Assembly (NCBI RefSeq): GCF_009914755.1
Contig: NC_060934.1
Strand: one strand, 5' to 3'
From: the human T2T-CHM13v2.0 reference genome, Homo sapiens
Length of the DNA: 64,000 nucleotides
Under the pieces are notes generated by a model. The model was not told the origin of the DNA and did not search any database. It saw only the letters and a list, made by a program, of their open reading frames with translations. This document shows positions 23,810 to 63,519 of the stretch, in pieces. A program made the translations under genes and the position numbers. Position 1 is the first letter of the stretch. Each line of letters begins with the position of its first letter.

Positions 23810-24172
<363 letters not shown>

Positions 24173-24627
24173 TAGGATGGGCTTGCTGGAGCGCTCTTGG
24201 GGAGGATAGAGTCCCAAACTGTGACCTGGTGGATTTGGCCAATGCAGGTCATGATAAGCGTCTCTGCCCACAGGGTTACTTGATGTCCTGTGGTCAGACA
24301 ACATCAACTCTCGCGAACCACTTGTGCGATGGAAGCTGCTTTATGTGAAATGCTGCATAGCCTTGTTCCCAAACCAGAGGAGGCTACATTGTGAGTCTCC
24401 TGCTGGGCTTACCACAAACTCCCTACAGCATCTTTTCCCACCACAGGTCCCTCTAGTATATATAAGGTCTGCAATATGACTGCTTGCACAGAAGCCAGGA
24501 CCTGTGGCAGGGCCCTTCCTGCTCTGGGTCCCATCTGGCAACCTTCCACATCACCCAGTCAGTGGGCTGGAGCAGCATTCCCAAGTGTGGAATTTGCTAC
24601 CTCCAGAACCTGGAAGGACTTGCCATG

Positions 24628-24999
24628 TGTATTAGTCTGTTCTCAGGCTGCTTATAATAAAGACATACCTGAGACTGGGTTATTTATAAGGAAAAAGAGG
24701 TTTAATTGACTCAGTTTCACATGGCTGGGGAGGCCTCACAATCATGGCAGAAGGCAAAGGAGGAGCAAAGGCACGTCTTACATGGTGGCAGTCAAGGGAT
24801 AATGAGAACCAAGTGAAAGGGGAAACCCCTTTAAAACCATCAGACCTTGTGAGACTTGTTCACTACCATGAGAACTGTATGGGGGAACCTGCCCCCATGA
24901 TTCAATTATCTCCCACTGGGTCCCTCCCACAACACATGGGAATTATGGGAGCTACAATGCAAGATGAAATTTGGATGGAGACACAGCCAAACCAAATCA
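24628..24999 (-). mobile_element. THE1-family (MaLR) solo LTR
   Basis: tgtattagtc...aaagacatacctgagactggg...ggaggcctcacaatcatggcagaaggc...cacagccaaaccaaatca, with a 5-bp TSD ccatg at 24623-24627 and 25000-25004. Confidence 0.95.
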
Positions 25000-25612
25000 C
25001 CATGTGCTATGCATCTTCTTAGTGGGGGTGGGGAGGGAATATCCCTGCATACTTCAGCCCTCTGGACCCCTAAGCATTACCCTGATGTCACAGGCTCCTA
25101 AACCTGCACAGAGCTCACTGCTCACCCTGCAAATGGCATATGTTTTATCAAGGCCTCCAATGAACTTGCCATCTCTTCCTCCGCAGGTCCAATTAGCACT
25201 AGGTCATCAACATAGAGGACCAATGTCTTATTCTGTGGAATGTCCAGATGGCCCGGGTCCCTTTCAAGTGTAATGTGACAGAAGGCAGGGAGCTAACGAA
25301 GTCCCGAGGGAAGACTGAAATGTATACTGTTTCGTGTCCCATGTGAATGGAAACTGCTTCTCATCCTTTTTTTTTTGGGAGGGATGGGAAAGAAAACATT
25401 TGCCAGCTGGATGGTCATATGCAGCAGTGCTAATGCGCTGTAGTAAAGCTGCCACACGGGCACAGCAGCTGCTGCTGGGGCTGCCCCTTAGTTAAGACTA
25501 CTGCAGTCTCCCATCACCTGCTGTGATCCCCCTGGCTTCTGCAGGGGCCAGACTGGTGGAAGAAATGGGGATATGACAGAGACCACTAGCCATTCATTCT
25601 TTAAGGATCTGA

Positions 25613-27576
<1,964 letters not shown>

Positions 27577-29113
27577 TGATAAATGCTCACTTATCCAGCT
27601 TTATGTTCAGCTGCTCTGGATCCAGCACCTTGGGATTCCATCTCATGCATATTCTAGCTCCTGACAGCAGGACTCAGCCAGATTCTGCAGCTCCTTTGGT
27701 GTGTGCTCTCTTTCTTCCCTTGTCAGGCCCAGGGCAGCCTCGGTTGGGCTTTGCTGGGACTTACTTGACCTGTTACTGGTCTTGTTGCCAGGAGAGGAAG
27801 AGAGGGTGATCCTGAGGGTTGCAACCTTCATCTTGCATAACATCTACCTCATTTAAGGCTTCTGCAACATCTTTAAGCAAGTAGAGAATACTATTTTCTT
27901 AACAAGAAGAAACAGCCCACTTTTGCAAGCCCAGTAGATTCAAGCTTCTTAATTGTATCCATCCAGTATTCCCATCTCAAGTCTCAGGGTCACACTCCTT
28001 TCCTATTAGGCCCTGATCCTGCCCAGAGACCTGCTGAGGCCGAGAATTCAACCTTCTCCGAGCCTCTGCTATTGTGAAGATTCAGCTCTGGGCCAGGTCC
28101 TCCTCTCTGCCTACTCTCCAGCTACAGGTTAAGACTTCCTTAAACTCTGCCTAGGAGGCCTTTGGAACTGGTGATAACCAACTGTCCTGAGCCTGTCGCT
28201 GTTTCTTCTCTATGAATCCATGGTGCTTAGCAATAATCAGAAACTTAGAAATAGCTTCCATGTCTCTCTCAGTCTCTAGCACCAGAGATACTGCAACAGC
28301 CAGTGCATCCTATGCCCATGTAAATTCTTTTTTTTTTTTTCCAAAAGAGTCCTTCCTGTCACAGAGCTCACATTTGTATGTTGCGGGCTGGGCCATGGTC
28401 ATCTGCAGTGGTATTCAGGGGGGATTTCCTCAGAGACCTGGGTTTGGGCCTGTGCACCCCAATTGGCCCTTTCCCATTCTCTTTAGGGGATGAGGCTGGG
28501 GAGGGCCCATATCCTAAAAGGCCACGCAATGAGTTCAGCTTATCCTGAGGACAGTGGGGAGCCAATAATGATCTCTAAGTGATGGGGTCCCTCCTGCCTT
28601 TAGTGCAGAGTTTAGGAAGGGTGAGCCTGGAGGTGCTTGGGTGGTCAGGTGAGGGGAAAGAGGGGATGAATTCAAAGTCTTTGGCAGGAGTGTCACCTGA
28701 GAGATGGATGACGTCGGGAGAAGAGGGGAAGAGAGTGTGAGGCCAGCTCTCCAGCAAGTCTTCCAGCCTCTGCTGACCTTCCCCCCATCCTCATCCTATC
28801 ATTAGGGACTGTCAAGAGCTCAAAAGATACAATGCTGATTACAGACCAGTAATAGGTCATGTCCCAGCAAAGTCCAACTGAGGATGCCGTGGGCCTGACA
28901 AGGGAGAGGAGAGAGCACACGCCGAAGGAGCTGGAGAATACGCCAGAGGAACCAAGGCCACTCCAGGTGAAAGTCAGTCCCTGAACTGCTGCAGCACCCC
29001 AGATCTGTCCATACTCCGCCCAACACTAGTGATGGGGTCCCTACTGCCAGCTTGCCAGCAGGGATCCAGCTCCAAAGTCCCATCTTAGAGTCTGCTTCCC
29101 AGGACCACCTCAA

Positions 29114-29480
29114 TTTTCTTAGATATTCCCTGGAAACAGAGGTAGAGTGTTGCATACAGAAAGGCTGTCGAGAGGCATGTGTAGGCAGCTGAGGAAGACA
29201 GGACTGAGCAGAAGGAGAAACTGATCCAAAATGCAAGTTCAACTAAAGCTTTAGGCAATTCTATAGGGTGCTCTGGAGCTGGGCTGGAGATCATTCTTTT
29301 GTGACCCTGGTATTGGCCATGGGTCACCTACTGGGAGGGGAATACCCTTGGGCAAGGCAGTTCTCTGTGGTTGAGGGCCTTCCCAGTAAGTGACGCAGCT
29401 GTGAACCTTCCCTGCCAGGAGCCAGGGGCTGGGTGCACTGGCCCCGAGAGGGGATCCTGGCAAAGGCACACTATCCACCA
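29114..29480 (-). mobile_element. 5' LTR of the ERVL provirus (LTR16/LTR33/LTR41-like)
   Basis: Lies immediately upstream of the leader on the minus strand. ttccctggaaacaga...gggtgctctggagctgg...ggcaaggcagttctctg...tatccacca resembles this LTR group. Confidence 0.7.
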
Positions 29481-29614
29481 TGCCTTCTGCCTCCAGCTGC
29501 CCTCTCTCTCTTTTCTATTTCATTAGTTCTTCTCTATTGGCCCATTCTCATCAGTACATGATGTTGCTGGTAATGCCGCCCATAGAAAAACAAACAACCA
29601 AACAAGACACCCTC

Positions 29615-30487
29615 TGTTGGGGGCTCAGTGCGGCTCTCCAGAGCTCTCCAAGTAGTGTTAGAGTCGTGATTAAAACAACAAGCCAAAATGAAAGCACCAG
29701 TCAAGCTTTCAATGTTTTTTTTTTTTTTTTTTTTTTTGAGACAGGGTCTCACTCTATCACCCAGGCTGGAGTGCAGTGGCACAATTTTGGCTCATTGCAA
29801 CCTCCGTCTCCCCAGTTCAAGTGATTCTTCTGCCTCAGCCTCCTGAGTAGCTGGAATCACAGGCATGCACCACCACGCCCAGCTAGTTTTTGTTTTTAGT
29901 AGAGATGGGGTTTCACCATGTTGGCCAGTCTGGTCTTGAACTCCTGGCCTCAAGCAATCCACCTGCCTCAGCCTCCCAAAGTGCTGGGATTACAGGCATA
30001 AGCCACTGCTCCTGGTCATGCCTTCAATCATCTAACGCCATACCTTAAGCAAAGGGCTCGCTTGGAGGGAATGTCCACTCCCATCTGCTCTGTTTTCCCT
30101 CATGGAACAGTGTGCAGAGGGTCAGATATCAGGGGAAGGGTTAAGGGTGGAAAATAACCAAGTCCAAGTAGAGAAAAGCAAGATTCCTTCTTCTCTTCAT
30201 GATAAGAAGAGGCATCTGAGGAAGGCCTCATTCAGAGACCCCAAAGAGATTTCAAATGGAGGCACCTGGACTAGGAATGCAGATATGTGAGAGCAAGGCC
30301 TGCCCATGGGACCTGAGTCCTTGACCACAGCACCCTTCAGGACTGTCATGCACTGACTGTGCATCAAGTCTGGCATGGAAAGGGCAGCCTTCCCTGTGAG
30401 GCCTGCCAGGAAAAGCCTGTGTAATTGCCTATGATCAAGTTTGAAAGATCACATAGAGGTCTTTAGCTAAGAGCTGAACTCCTAACC
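29615..30487. mobile_element. Probable solo LTR of unassigned family, with a nested AluS at 29715-30016(-)
   Basis: Interrupts the L2. Begins tgttgggggctcag and ends ctgaactcctaac (imperfect inverted termini), flanked by ccct-like direct repeats. Confidence 0.5.
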
Positions 30488-30667
30488 CCCTGTTATGGCT
30501 CCATCCCCCAGCTGCTTTTGCTAGCAAACTCCTCAATAAACTTGTTTCTACTCACTATTTCCAATTCCACAATCCCATTCTGCCATGAATCCATTTCCAT
30601 TAAATTTTTGTCTCCATCATTTCATAAAAACTGCTATTGTTCAGATCACCAAAGATCTCCACGTTTC

Positions 30668-32523
<1,856 letters not shown>

Positions 32524-32717
32524 AAGATCTGCATATTTCTTAATCTCATGGTTAATTTTTAGTTCTCATCTTCCTAGAACTCTTGGCAGCAGCTCACAAA
32601 GTTGTTCATTTTCTCCTTCATAAATTTCTATCTTTTCTTGGCTTCAAGGACATCACTATTCTCTTACTTCATTACCTACTCCTCATTCTGTTTTGTTGAA
32701 TCTTCCTCATCTACACC

Positions 32718-33365
<648 letters not shown>

Positions 33366-34006
33366 AAATGGGGCTGTGGTGGAGTTGGTCAGTGCATGTT
33401 GTTCTGTACTCGCAATGAAGAAGAGCCTATTGCCAGGCTGTTAGGACATATAAATTGTATATCCCTGCTTAACAACAAATGACAGCAAAGAGATACATCT
33501 TACGGTGCCCAAGCTTAGTGCGCCCGAGAGAGTTCCAGCTTGTAATTACATGCTATAATGTGTTCCACGTCTGTATTCCTTTGATTACTGAGATGTGCTG
33601 CACATTGAGCGAACTTCACCTGGGTGTCACCACCCCACTGGGATCATTGAGGGTACAGTTCTTGAGTCTGTAGCATTAATGAAGGCAGTGGATTCTCCTT
33701 GAGGCCCAAACTAGCTTTTGATTCATGTATTTTTAGGAACTCTGCTGGTGAACATATTTCTGAATAATTTAGTGTACTATCATTGATGACACTAGATGAT
33801 AAAAACTATCCTCTACTTAAGTGAATCGAGCAGCAGAAGACACTAAAATCTTCTGGTTTTATAATTCAGTGTATAGAAGATGAGATATGTGGATAAAAAT
33901 ATCAATATTTCATTGCACACAGTAGAAATGTTAGGGACACACTGTGACTTGAGGAAAGACAATAGCGGAAAAATAATAAAAGCTTATTGTACAAGTGTAA
34001 GGACAG

Positions 34007-37557
<3,551 letters not shown>

Positions 37558-37939
37558 TAGAGAAATTTTTGAAGGTGTCCTTTCTCTATCAAAAAGAGCA
37601 ACCTCTTAGCTGCAATCTTTTTGGCAGTGAAAAATTCTGAAAGTGAGCAGTGTTTTCTTTTTACATAATTCAAGAGAGTGTTTTTTATGTAGAACTTAAA
37701 AGGATTTATTCCTAACTGAGACTCAAACTCAAAGGTTAGAATCTCTTTAAAGGATTGGAGCACTCATTATTATAAAAATGTGTTCTACTATAGTTTGTCC
37801 AAATAGAGGCGTTGTATGTTTCTTCAAAAGGGGAGAAAGCCTAAAATTATTTTGAGGATATTGTGTTCCCAATTTAAATAATTAAAATTATTTTAGGGTT
37901 CTTTAAATGTTATACACACACATTTACTTTTTAGAATAA

Positions 37940-48776
<10,837 letters not shown>

Positions 48777-51160
48777 TTTGTTGAAGTGTAATTAACGTAA
48801 AATAAGCACACCCATTTTAGGTGCACCTTTCAATGAGTTTTCACAAATATAATCTCACCATATTCAAGATATAGAACATTTCCATCATCCCCCAAAGTTC
48901 CTTCATATCTCCTTGCAACAATCCCAACCCAACTCTTGGCACCAGGGAATGACTGATTTGCTTTGTGTCACTATTGATTAGTTTTACATTTTCTAGAATT
49001 TTCTATAAATGTAATCATAACAATATACTCTTTATGTCTGGCCTTTCAGCATGTTTCAGGGATTTATCAATGTTGTATGTGTTAGTACTTTGCTCATTTG
49101 TATTGTTGAGTATTATTCCATTCTTTTCTTTTTTAAAAAACAGAGACAGGGTCTTGCTCTGTTTCTCAGGCTGGAGTACAGTGGCACAATCATGGCTCAC
49201 TGCAGCTTCAAACTCCTGGGCTCAGGCACTCTTCCTTGCCTCAGCCGCCTGAGTAGCTAGGACTACAAGTGAGGGCCACCACGTCTGGCTAATTTTTTTT
49301 ATTTAATTTTTTGCGGAGACAGGGTTTCACTATGTTGCTCAGGTTGGTCTCAAACTCCTGGCTTCATGTGGTGCTGCACTTCAGTCTCTCAAAGTGCTGA
49401 GATTACAGGCATGAGCCATTGCACCTGGCCTTGTTGTTGTTGTTTTTTTGTAACTGTAGTTAGTTTATCAAGTTATCTATTGATGAATATTTGGTTGGTT
49501 GTTTCCAGTTTTTGAAAATTATAAAGATGATTAAAATCATTTATGTGTATGTTTTGTATGAGCATATGTTTTCATTCTTCTTAGGTAAATACCAAGAAGT
49601 GCAATTGTTTATATGTTTGACTTCATTATTTAAAAAAACTGACAACTGTTTTCAAAGTGATTGTAACATTTCACATTCTTACCAGCAGTGTAGAAGAGTT
49701 CCAGTTTCAGTTACTGATTTCTAATTAAATTGCATTTTGTTGGAGAAGCCCGGTATGTGATTTCAATCCTGCTGGATTTATTGAGACTAGTTTCATGGCC
49801 CAGCATATGATGAACGTTCCATCTGCACTGAAAACACTGTTTAGTCTGCCATTGCAGGGTGGAGCGTTCTGTAAAAGTTAATTGGATCCAGTTAGTTGAT
49901 AGTGCTGTTCAAGTCTTCTGTATTCATACCAGTTTTCTGTCTGCTATTTCTATCAATACAAGAGAAGGTGGTGAAATATGCAACTTAAATTATGGATTTG
50001 TCTTTTTCCCCTTTCAAATTCTGTCAGTTTTCGCTTCAAGTCTTTTGAAGTTCTACAACTGGGTGCATTCACATTTAGGAATGTTATTTTTTCTTAGTGA
50101 CTTGATAGTTTATCATTGTGAAATGTCCCTCCTTATGTCTGGTAATATTTCTTGTCCTAAAGTGTGTTTTGCCAGAAATGGATACAGTCAATCCACCTTT
50201 CTTATGTCTCATGTTTACCTTTTTTCATCCTTTTACTTTTAACATTCTTGTGTCTGTATAAAGTGGATTTCTTGTAGACACCAGAGAGTCAGACCTTACT
50301 TTATTACCCAATTGGATAATCTTTGATTTATAATTGGAATGCTTAATTCATATACATTTAGTATAATTACTGATACGGTTAGGTTTAAATCTACTGTCTT
50401 GCTGTTTGTTTTCTATTTATACCATATGTTTTTATTTTTTTCTTCTTTTCCTGCCTTTTTGGATTAGTTGAGTATTTTTCAGTATTTCATTTTATATTCT
50501 CCATTGGTGAATAACACTCCTTTTTTAAAAACAATTGTTGCTGTAGGTTTACAGAATACATCTTCAGTTTATCAGTGTACCTTCAAATAATATGATGCCA
50601 CTCCTACAATCACGTAAGTTTTCAGAACAGTATCCTTTCGAGGTCTTTAGGCTTTGTCTTTTCAGAACCTGAACATCTCTCAGATCTCTGGGGACTGCTC
50701 CTCTTACAGTTTCCTAGTAGATGCTCTTTGCTTGGCCTCGCAGAGTTTTACGTTGTGCGTGAGCCAAAGATGTAAGAGGGCTCCCATGTGGATTTCGAGC
50801 TCTTGCTCTGTCTAGCTTACTCATCTGTGGTACCCCGCCCTGGAAATTCCAGCTGCCCTCCCTCATCCCTACTTCTGCTCTGTCTCATCAAAGCAGCAAG
50901 GCTGCCACGCCCTGCCTGAGATGCCACGCCCTGCCTGAGTTCCCCTCCTGTATCACAATCTGCAAAGCAGCTTCAGAAAGAAAGCTGGGGTGATCGTGGG
51001 TCTTGCCTTGTTTCACTTCTCTCGGGGGTTACAGTTCTGCTTTGTCTGTTGTTCAGAGTCTGAAACAATTGTTTCATATATCTTCTCTAGCGTCCTGCTG
51101 TTTATTGCAGTAGGGCAAGTCCAGTACCAGTTACTGCTTCATGGCCAGAAGCAGTAGTCT
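48777..51160 (-). mobile_element. Old L1M fragments (3'UTR 48777-49710; ORF2 N-terminus 49710-50640; L1ME/HAL1-like 5' end 50640-51160) with an AluJ at 49125-49430
   Basis: Antisense L1 motifs. The terminal gggcaagtccagtaccagttact...catggccagaagcag resembles recalled L1ME/HAL1 5' ends. Confidence 0.75.
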
Positions 51161-51391
51161 TGTCTCATATTTGTTTTTCTTAGATCTTTATTTTTGCATT
51201 CGCTTATACAATTTATTTTTTATGTATCATTGCCACATGGTTCATTAAAAATCTATGTTTATTTTCTGCTTAACAACTGCTTTACTCAGTGGGTTACATG
51301 TGCTTGCAGACATACTGCTTAGAGCATTTTCAAAGTAAATATGCTGTTTGTTAAGACTTCTAATGTAAGCTCTATTATTTATTCAAGCTAG

Positions 51392-53235
<1,844 letters not shown>

Positions 53236-53503
53236 TAAGATGAAGAACAAAACAGCCAACCTAAGAAAAACAACTAGCAGGCACCCAAGGGCATCTCAGG
53301 ATGAAAAATCTGTGGCTGAACAATTCAATCTACATCATAGCCACTGAGAACAATATTAATTTCTCAATTAGTAGCAAGAGCAGAGAGATCATGAACACAT
53401 AAGGCTGAGTAGAAAATTGCTAAAACATTTTGAGACATGCTAGCCTAAAAGCTTCTTGTTAGTATGGCATGCTTATTCAGTATAACCAAAACAATATTTA
53501 TTA

Positions 53504-54470
<967 letters not shown>

Positions 54471-54875
54471 TCAAATAGAAAAAAACCTAGTCTTTCAAAT
54501 TTTCCTAATAGATTAAAAGACAAACAAGAGCACAGATTACGATGTGGGGAAAACACTAAGATCCACCACTCTTTATCCACCCATCACAGTCAGCCTGGAA
54601 TTAGAGCTAATTAGGAAGAAAGGAAAGACCATTCCTGATACCTGCTGGGTGCTAGCCACATGCTCCAGTTTCTCCGTCTCCTGCACCCGTGAATGGGCTT
54701 CTGGAAAGCACCAACCCCTCTTCGTCTTTCAGTAGCTTTGCACCTCCTGCACATGGGGGAGCTCAGCATAGGTTTGCTCAGTTCAGGTGACAGGTAGGTT
54801 AGAAATGGATTGGGAAAGGTGTTGAAAGTAAGGCTGAGGAGGTTACAATTTATAATCTAATAAGAGCCGTTGTAA

Positions 54876-55219
<344 letters not shown>

Positions 55220-55261
55220 TTTTTTCTCCTTTTAATTAAAAGTGGTTTGGTTAGCATATTG

Positions 55262-55451
55262 CAGGTTTTCTCAGCCACAGTACTATTGGCATGTGGAGCT
55301 AGATCATTTTTGTTTTGGGGGGCTGTCCTGTGCCTTGTAGGATGTTTAGCAGAATCCCTAGCCTCTACCCACTACATGCCAGTGGCATCCCCTAGTTGCA
55401 ACAACCAAAAATGTCTCCTGGGGGCATAATTGCCCAGGTTGAGAACCACTA
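55262..55451 (-). mobile_element. MER20 (hAT-Charlie MITE)
   Basis: ggggctgtcctgtgc...gtaggatgtttagcag...ctctacccacta...acaaccaaaaatgtctcc...ggttgagaaccact. Confidence 0.88.
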
Positions 55452-56600
55452 GGGTGTTAGGGGGAGTGCTGAGCCTCAAGGCAGGGGAGATCAGAGGAAG
55501 AAGAGCCAAAAAACGTGGGTGGATGGAAGAGACACTAATTCAAGTGTGGTCTAAGAGTAGTGATTCTCATCACTGTTGCCGTGTTGCACAGTATTTAGGA
55601 GCCTAATATACAAGTGTCATGTAGTATTGAACTAAAAATCCACAGGAACAATTCATGAGGCATTCCCGTTTGTTTCTTTTGGAAAAATATAAAATCTGAC
55701 ATTGCTTGGAGAAAACCGGAGACAGACTTGTCAGGAAAAGGTTATGGCCACGTGTCCTTTTGCCCGAAGACATTTATCCTTTACGTAACTGGCAATACCA
55801 AAAGTAAGCGTGCTTTTTAATGAAAATTGTCATTTTATGGTTACAAAGCTTTCGGTTTATTGTACAAGAGAAAAATTTCCTACAGTTAATGCTCTAATTC
55901 CCCCCTGCTAAGGAGTAAATTGTAAAAATACATGCTGTTACTCTTTGAAATGTGGAGTGATGTTCCTTCAAGTCTAGAGGATGCTGCATGAAATCAGCTT
56001 CAAGACAGGCTTGAGGTGACAAGAACATGAAATATATATTACATGCAAACACTTTGGTTTTGGAAATCTGCATGTTTATTCCAATGGCATCAGCTGATAC
56101 TGTGTTCACTGTAACCTAGTAATGTCACAGCAGCATCTGGGGGCATATAATTGTGTCAGAGCTGCTGTTTACCCAGTTAAATGAGACAGAGATTAGGTAA
56201 GGTTTGTGCTACTTATCGTTCATTGCCATGGCTTCATCTTCCTAATCCTCCTTATTTTTACCCCTGCAAGAAAGAACAGTTCTAATATCTTCTTGTTTCT
56301 GAGTATTGATGATTGGGTTATGTGGATACTTCTGGGTAGATGTCCATTTGGAAAAGATGCTTGCTGAGTGCCCTTTGTACTGACAATGGTGGAAGAAATT
56401 TCCTGATTGGGATCTGGCTCTTGATATATGATCCTTAGAGGTAATGTCCCTGTGGATGGTGCTGCCAGTCTGACCCCTTGTAAGACTTCACAGATATGCT
56501 TGGGATCATTAGAGTGGGTTTCATTTCTATCACAGAAGGAGTTGATATAAGGTGCAGGAAATCTACTCCTATTTTCCAAAGTTAGTTTCCAGTACAGTAA

Positions 56601-57025
<425 letters not shown>

Positions 57026-57669
57026 TGAGATCATGCCACTTGAGGGAGGCCTGCCTGGGTTTCCACCAGCTCCTTCCCTGGCTTTCGGTCCATTCCAGCT
57101 TCTCCGAACAGAACTCTGTCCCTGCTTGGGGGACCAAGAAGGCACAAGGGCAAACCCACACATGAATGAAGTTTGTGGGTCATTTAGCATGAAGCAAGCA
57201 TCATGGCAGAAGCTGTTTGGGAAGAGCTGGTCTTTCTGGTACTCCCCGGTCTGTTCACTGTCCTCACCCCTTCTCCCACATGCCCTCTCCCCTTCTCCCA
57301 CATGCCCTCTCCCCTCCTTCTCCTTTTCTTTCTTTCCTCCTTCATTTTCTACATGACATAACAACCTTCAGGTAGCAAAACATCTGCTAGGAGTCATCCT
57401 GGCTTTTGTGTGTAAATCTGGTTTTTAGGACGCTCTTTAAAGAAAGTTTTATCTTAGGGGGCCAGGAGGATGGCAGGAGTGCTGTCAAATAGCCTCAGAG
57501 CAATATGTCCAGGAGCCCAGGCATCTGCTAGAAAAGCACGTGTAGCTGCAAAGATAAGGGTTTCTATCAGTCAGGGAATCAGTAAGTTCTCTCCTACTCA
57601 CCTGAGGGCGTGCAGTCCCGCACCCTAGGAAGCAGTACACGGCAACATACCTTGCTGCTGGGCTGGGCT

Positions 57670-59860
<2,191 letters not shown>

Positions 59861-60029
59861 GAAGAATGGCCCTCCACATGAGATAGGTCAGCAATCACTC
59901 AGGTCCTGTGAGGAAGCACACTCGGACTCAGTGGACTGTGAGGGTGGAGGAATTCCCCACCTGCCTCTGGGTGATGGAGAATCTACCTGGGAGGCTTGTG
60001 GATGACAGGTGGAGAGGAAGAGCAGTGGG

Positions 60030-60705
60030 TTTTTTGTTTTTCTTTTTCAGAGACAGAATCTGGGTGTCACCCGGGCTGAAGTGCAGTGGCACCATCAAAG
60101 CTCTCTGCAGCCTCGAACTCCTGGGCTCAAGATACTTCTGCCTCACTCTCCCAAGTAGCTGGGACTGCAGGCACACACCACCATACCCAGCTAATTTTTG
60201 AATTTTCTGTAGAGATGAGGTCTCACTATGTTGCTTAGGCTGGTCTCGAACTCCTCGGCTCAAGTGATTCTCCTGTCTCAGCCTCCCAAAGTGATGAGAT
60301 TGCAGGCATGAGCCACTGTGCCCAACCTCCAAGTCTTTGTTAAAAACTAATTTTTTATTGATACATGATAGTTATACATATTTCTGGAGTACATGTGTTA
60401 TTTACTTATTTATTTATTTATTTAGAGACAGAGTCTCGCTCTGTCGCCCAGGCTGGAGTGCAGTGGTGCAATCTCCACTCACTTGCAAGCTCCACCTCCC
60501 AGGTTCACGCCATTCTCCTGCCTCAGCCTTCCGAGTAGCTGGGACTGCAGACGCCCGCCACCATGCCCAGCTAATTTTTTGTATTTTCAGTAGAGGCAGG
60601 GTTTCACCATGTTAGCCAGGATGGTCTCGATCTCCTGACCTTCTGATCCGCCCGCCTCAGCCTCCCAAAGTGCTGGGATTACAGGCACGAGCCACTGCAC
60701 CCAGC
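60030..60705 (-). mobile_element. AluJ (60030-60327) and AluY (60400-60705)
   Basis: Direct Alu match. Confidence 0.9.
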
Positions 60706-61310
60706 TGGGAACCACCATTCTTTTCTCTAACTCCATGAGATCAACTGTTTCAAGTTTCCTACATATTAGAGAGATCATGTGGTATTTGTCTTTCTGTGCC
60801 TGGCTTATTTCATTTCACATAATGTCCTCCAGGTCAACTCATGTTGCTGCAAATGACAGGATTTCATCTTTTATGGCTGAATAATAGTCCATCATGTATA
60901 TGTACCATATTTTCTTTATCCATTCATTTGCTGATAGGCACTGGGGTTGATATTTTGGCTGTTGTGAATTGTGCTCCAATAAACATACAAGTACAGTACC
61001 TCTTTGATATGCGTCTTTCTTTTGGATATATACTAGCAGTGGGCTTGCTAGATCAAAGGTAGTTTTGATTTGTAGTTTTTTGAGGAACTTTCATATGGTT
61101 TCCATGGCTGTATTAACTCACATTCTCACCAACAGTGTATATCCCCTTTCCCTGTATCCTCACCAAGATTTGTTATTTTTTGTCTTTTTGACAATAGCCA
61201 TTGTAACTGGGGTGCAATATCTCACTGTAGTTTTGCTTTGCATTTTGCTGATGATGAGTGATGCTGAGCATTTTTCATACAACTGTTGGTCATTTGTGTG
61301 TCTTCTCCAA
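60345..61310 (-). mobile_element. L1MA-like 3' end
   Basis: ttttattgatacat..., ttctgtgcctggcttatttca, tgttgctgcaaatgacaggatttcat. Confidence 0.87.
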
Positions 61311-61452
61311 GCTTTTTTGATTGCTTAGCCTTTGTAGTGTGATTACTTTTTGAGCAGTCTTAATATATGTATAGTTTTAAATTATACATACACACTACTA
61401 TGATTAGCTAACATCTTAAGTTATATTATTCACCAGGGCGAGTTCACTATTA

Positions 61453-63048
<1,596 letters not shown>

Positions 63049-63349
63049 CTAATGCATGTGGGCCCTACATCCTTCTCACTATGGTGCCCTCACACCCAAT
63101 TCAGGGCACCACATGGATCATTCCTGATCCATGGGCTGTCTAATGTAGTACGATGTGAGGGTACCAAGTCATTCTCCGTTTTGCGACAAAATGAACCATA
63201 GAAGGTTTTATTTTACCTCCTAGTAAACCATCTCATCCTGGGGTATGTGCCTCTGCCCCCCATCTTGTAGAACACATCTTCAGAGGGCACTATGCTGAGG
63301 AAATGGGAAAATTACCCTTATCATTATCCCAATAGAGTATTCCTTTTTA

Positions 63350-63519
63350 CTTTTTTTTTTTTTTTTTTTTTTAGAGTTGGGGTCTTGTTCTGTTGCCCAT
63401 GCTGGAGTTCAGTGGTGTGATCATGGCTCTCTGTAGCCTCAAACTCCTAGGCTCAAGCCGTCCTCCTGCCTTGCCTCCTAAAATGCCAGGATTACAGGCA
63501 TGAGTCAGTGCTCCCAGCC
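63350..63519 (-). mobile_element. Alu monomer or internally deleted AluJ
   Basis: Poly-T followed by ~150 bp of antisense Alu. Confidence 0.82.

Noticed and set aside
56123-56202. Possible plus-strand exon ending at TAG/GTAAGG (also GAG/GTAAGC at ~1221)
   Set aside because: Donor-like motifs lack a good polypyrimidine acceptor or recognisable reading frame, and are expected by chance.
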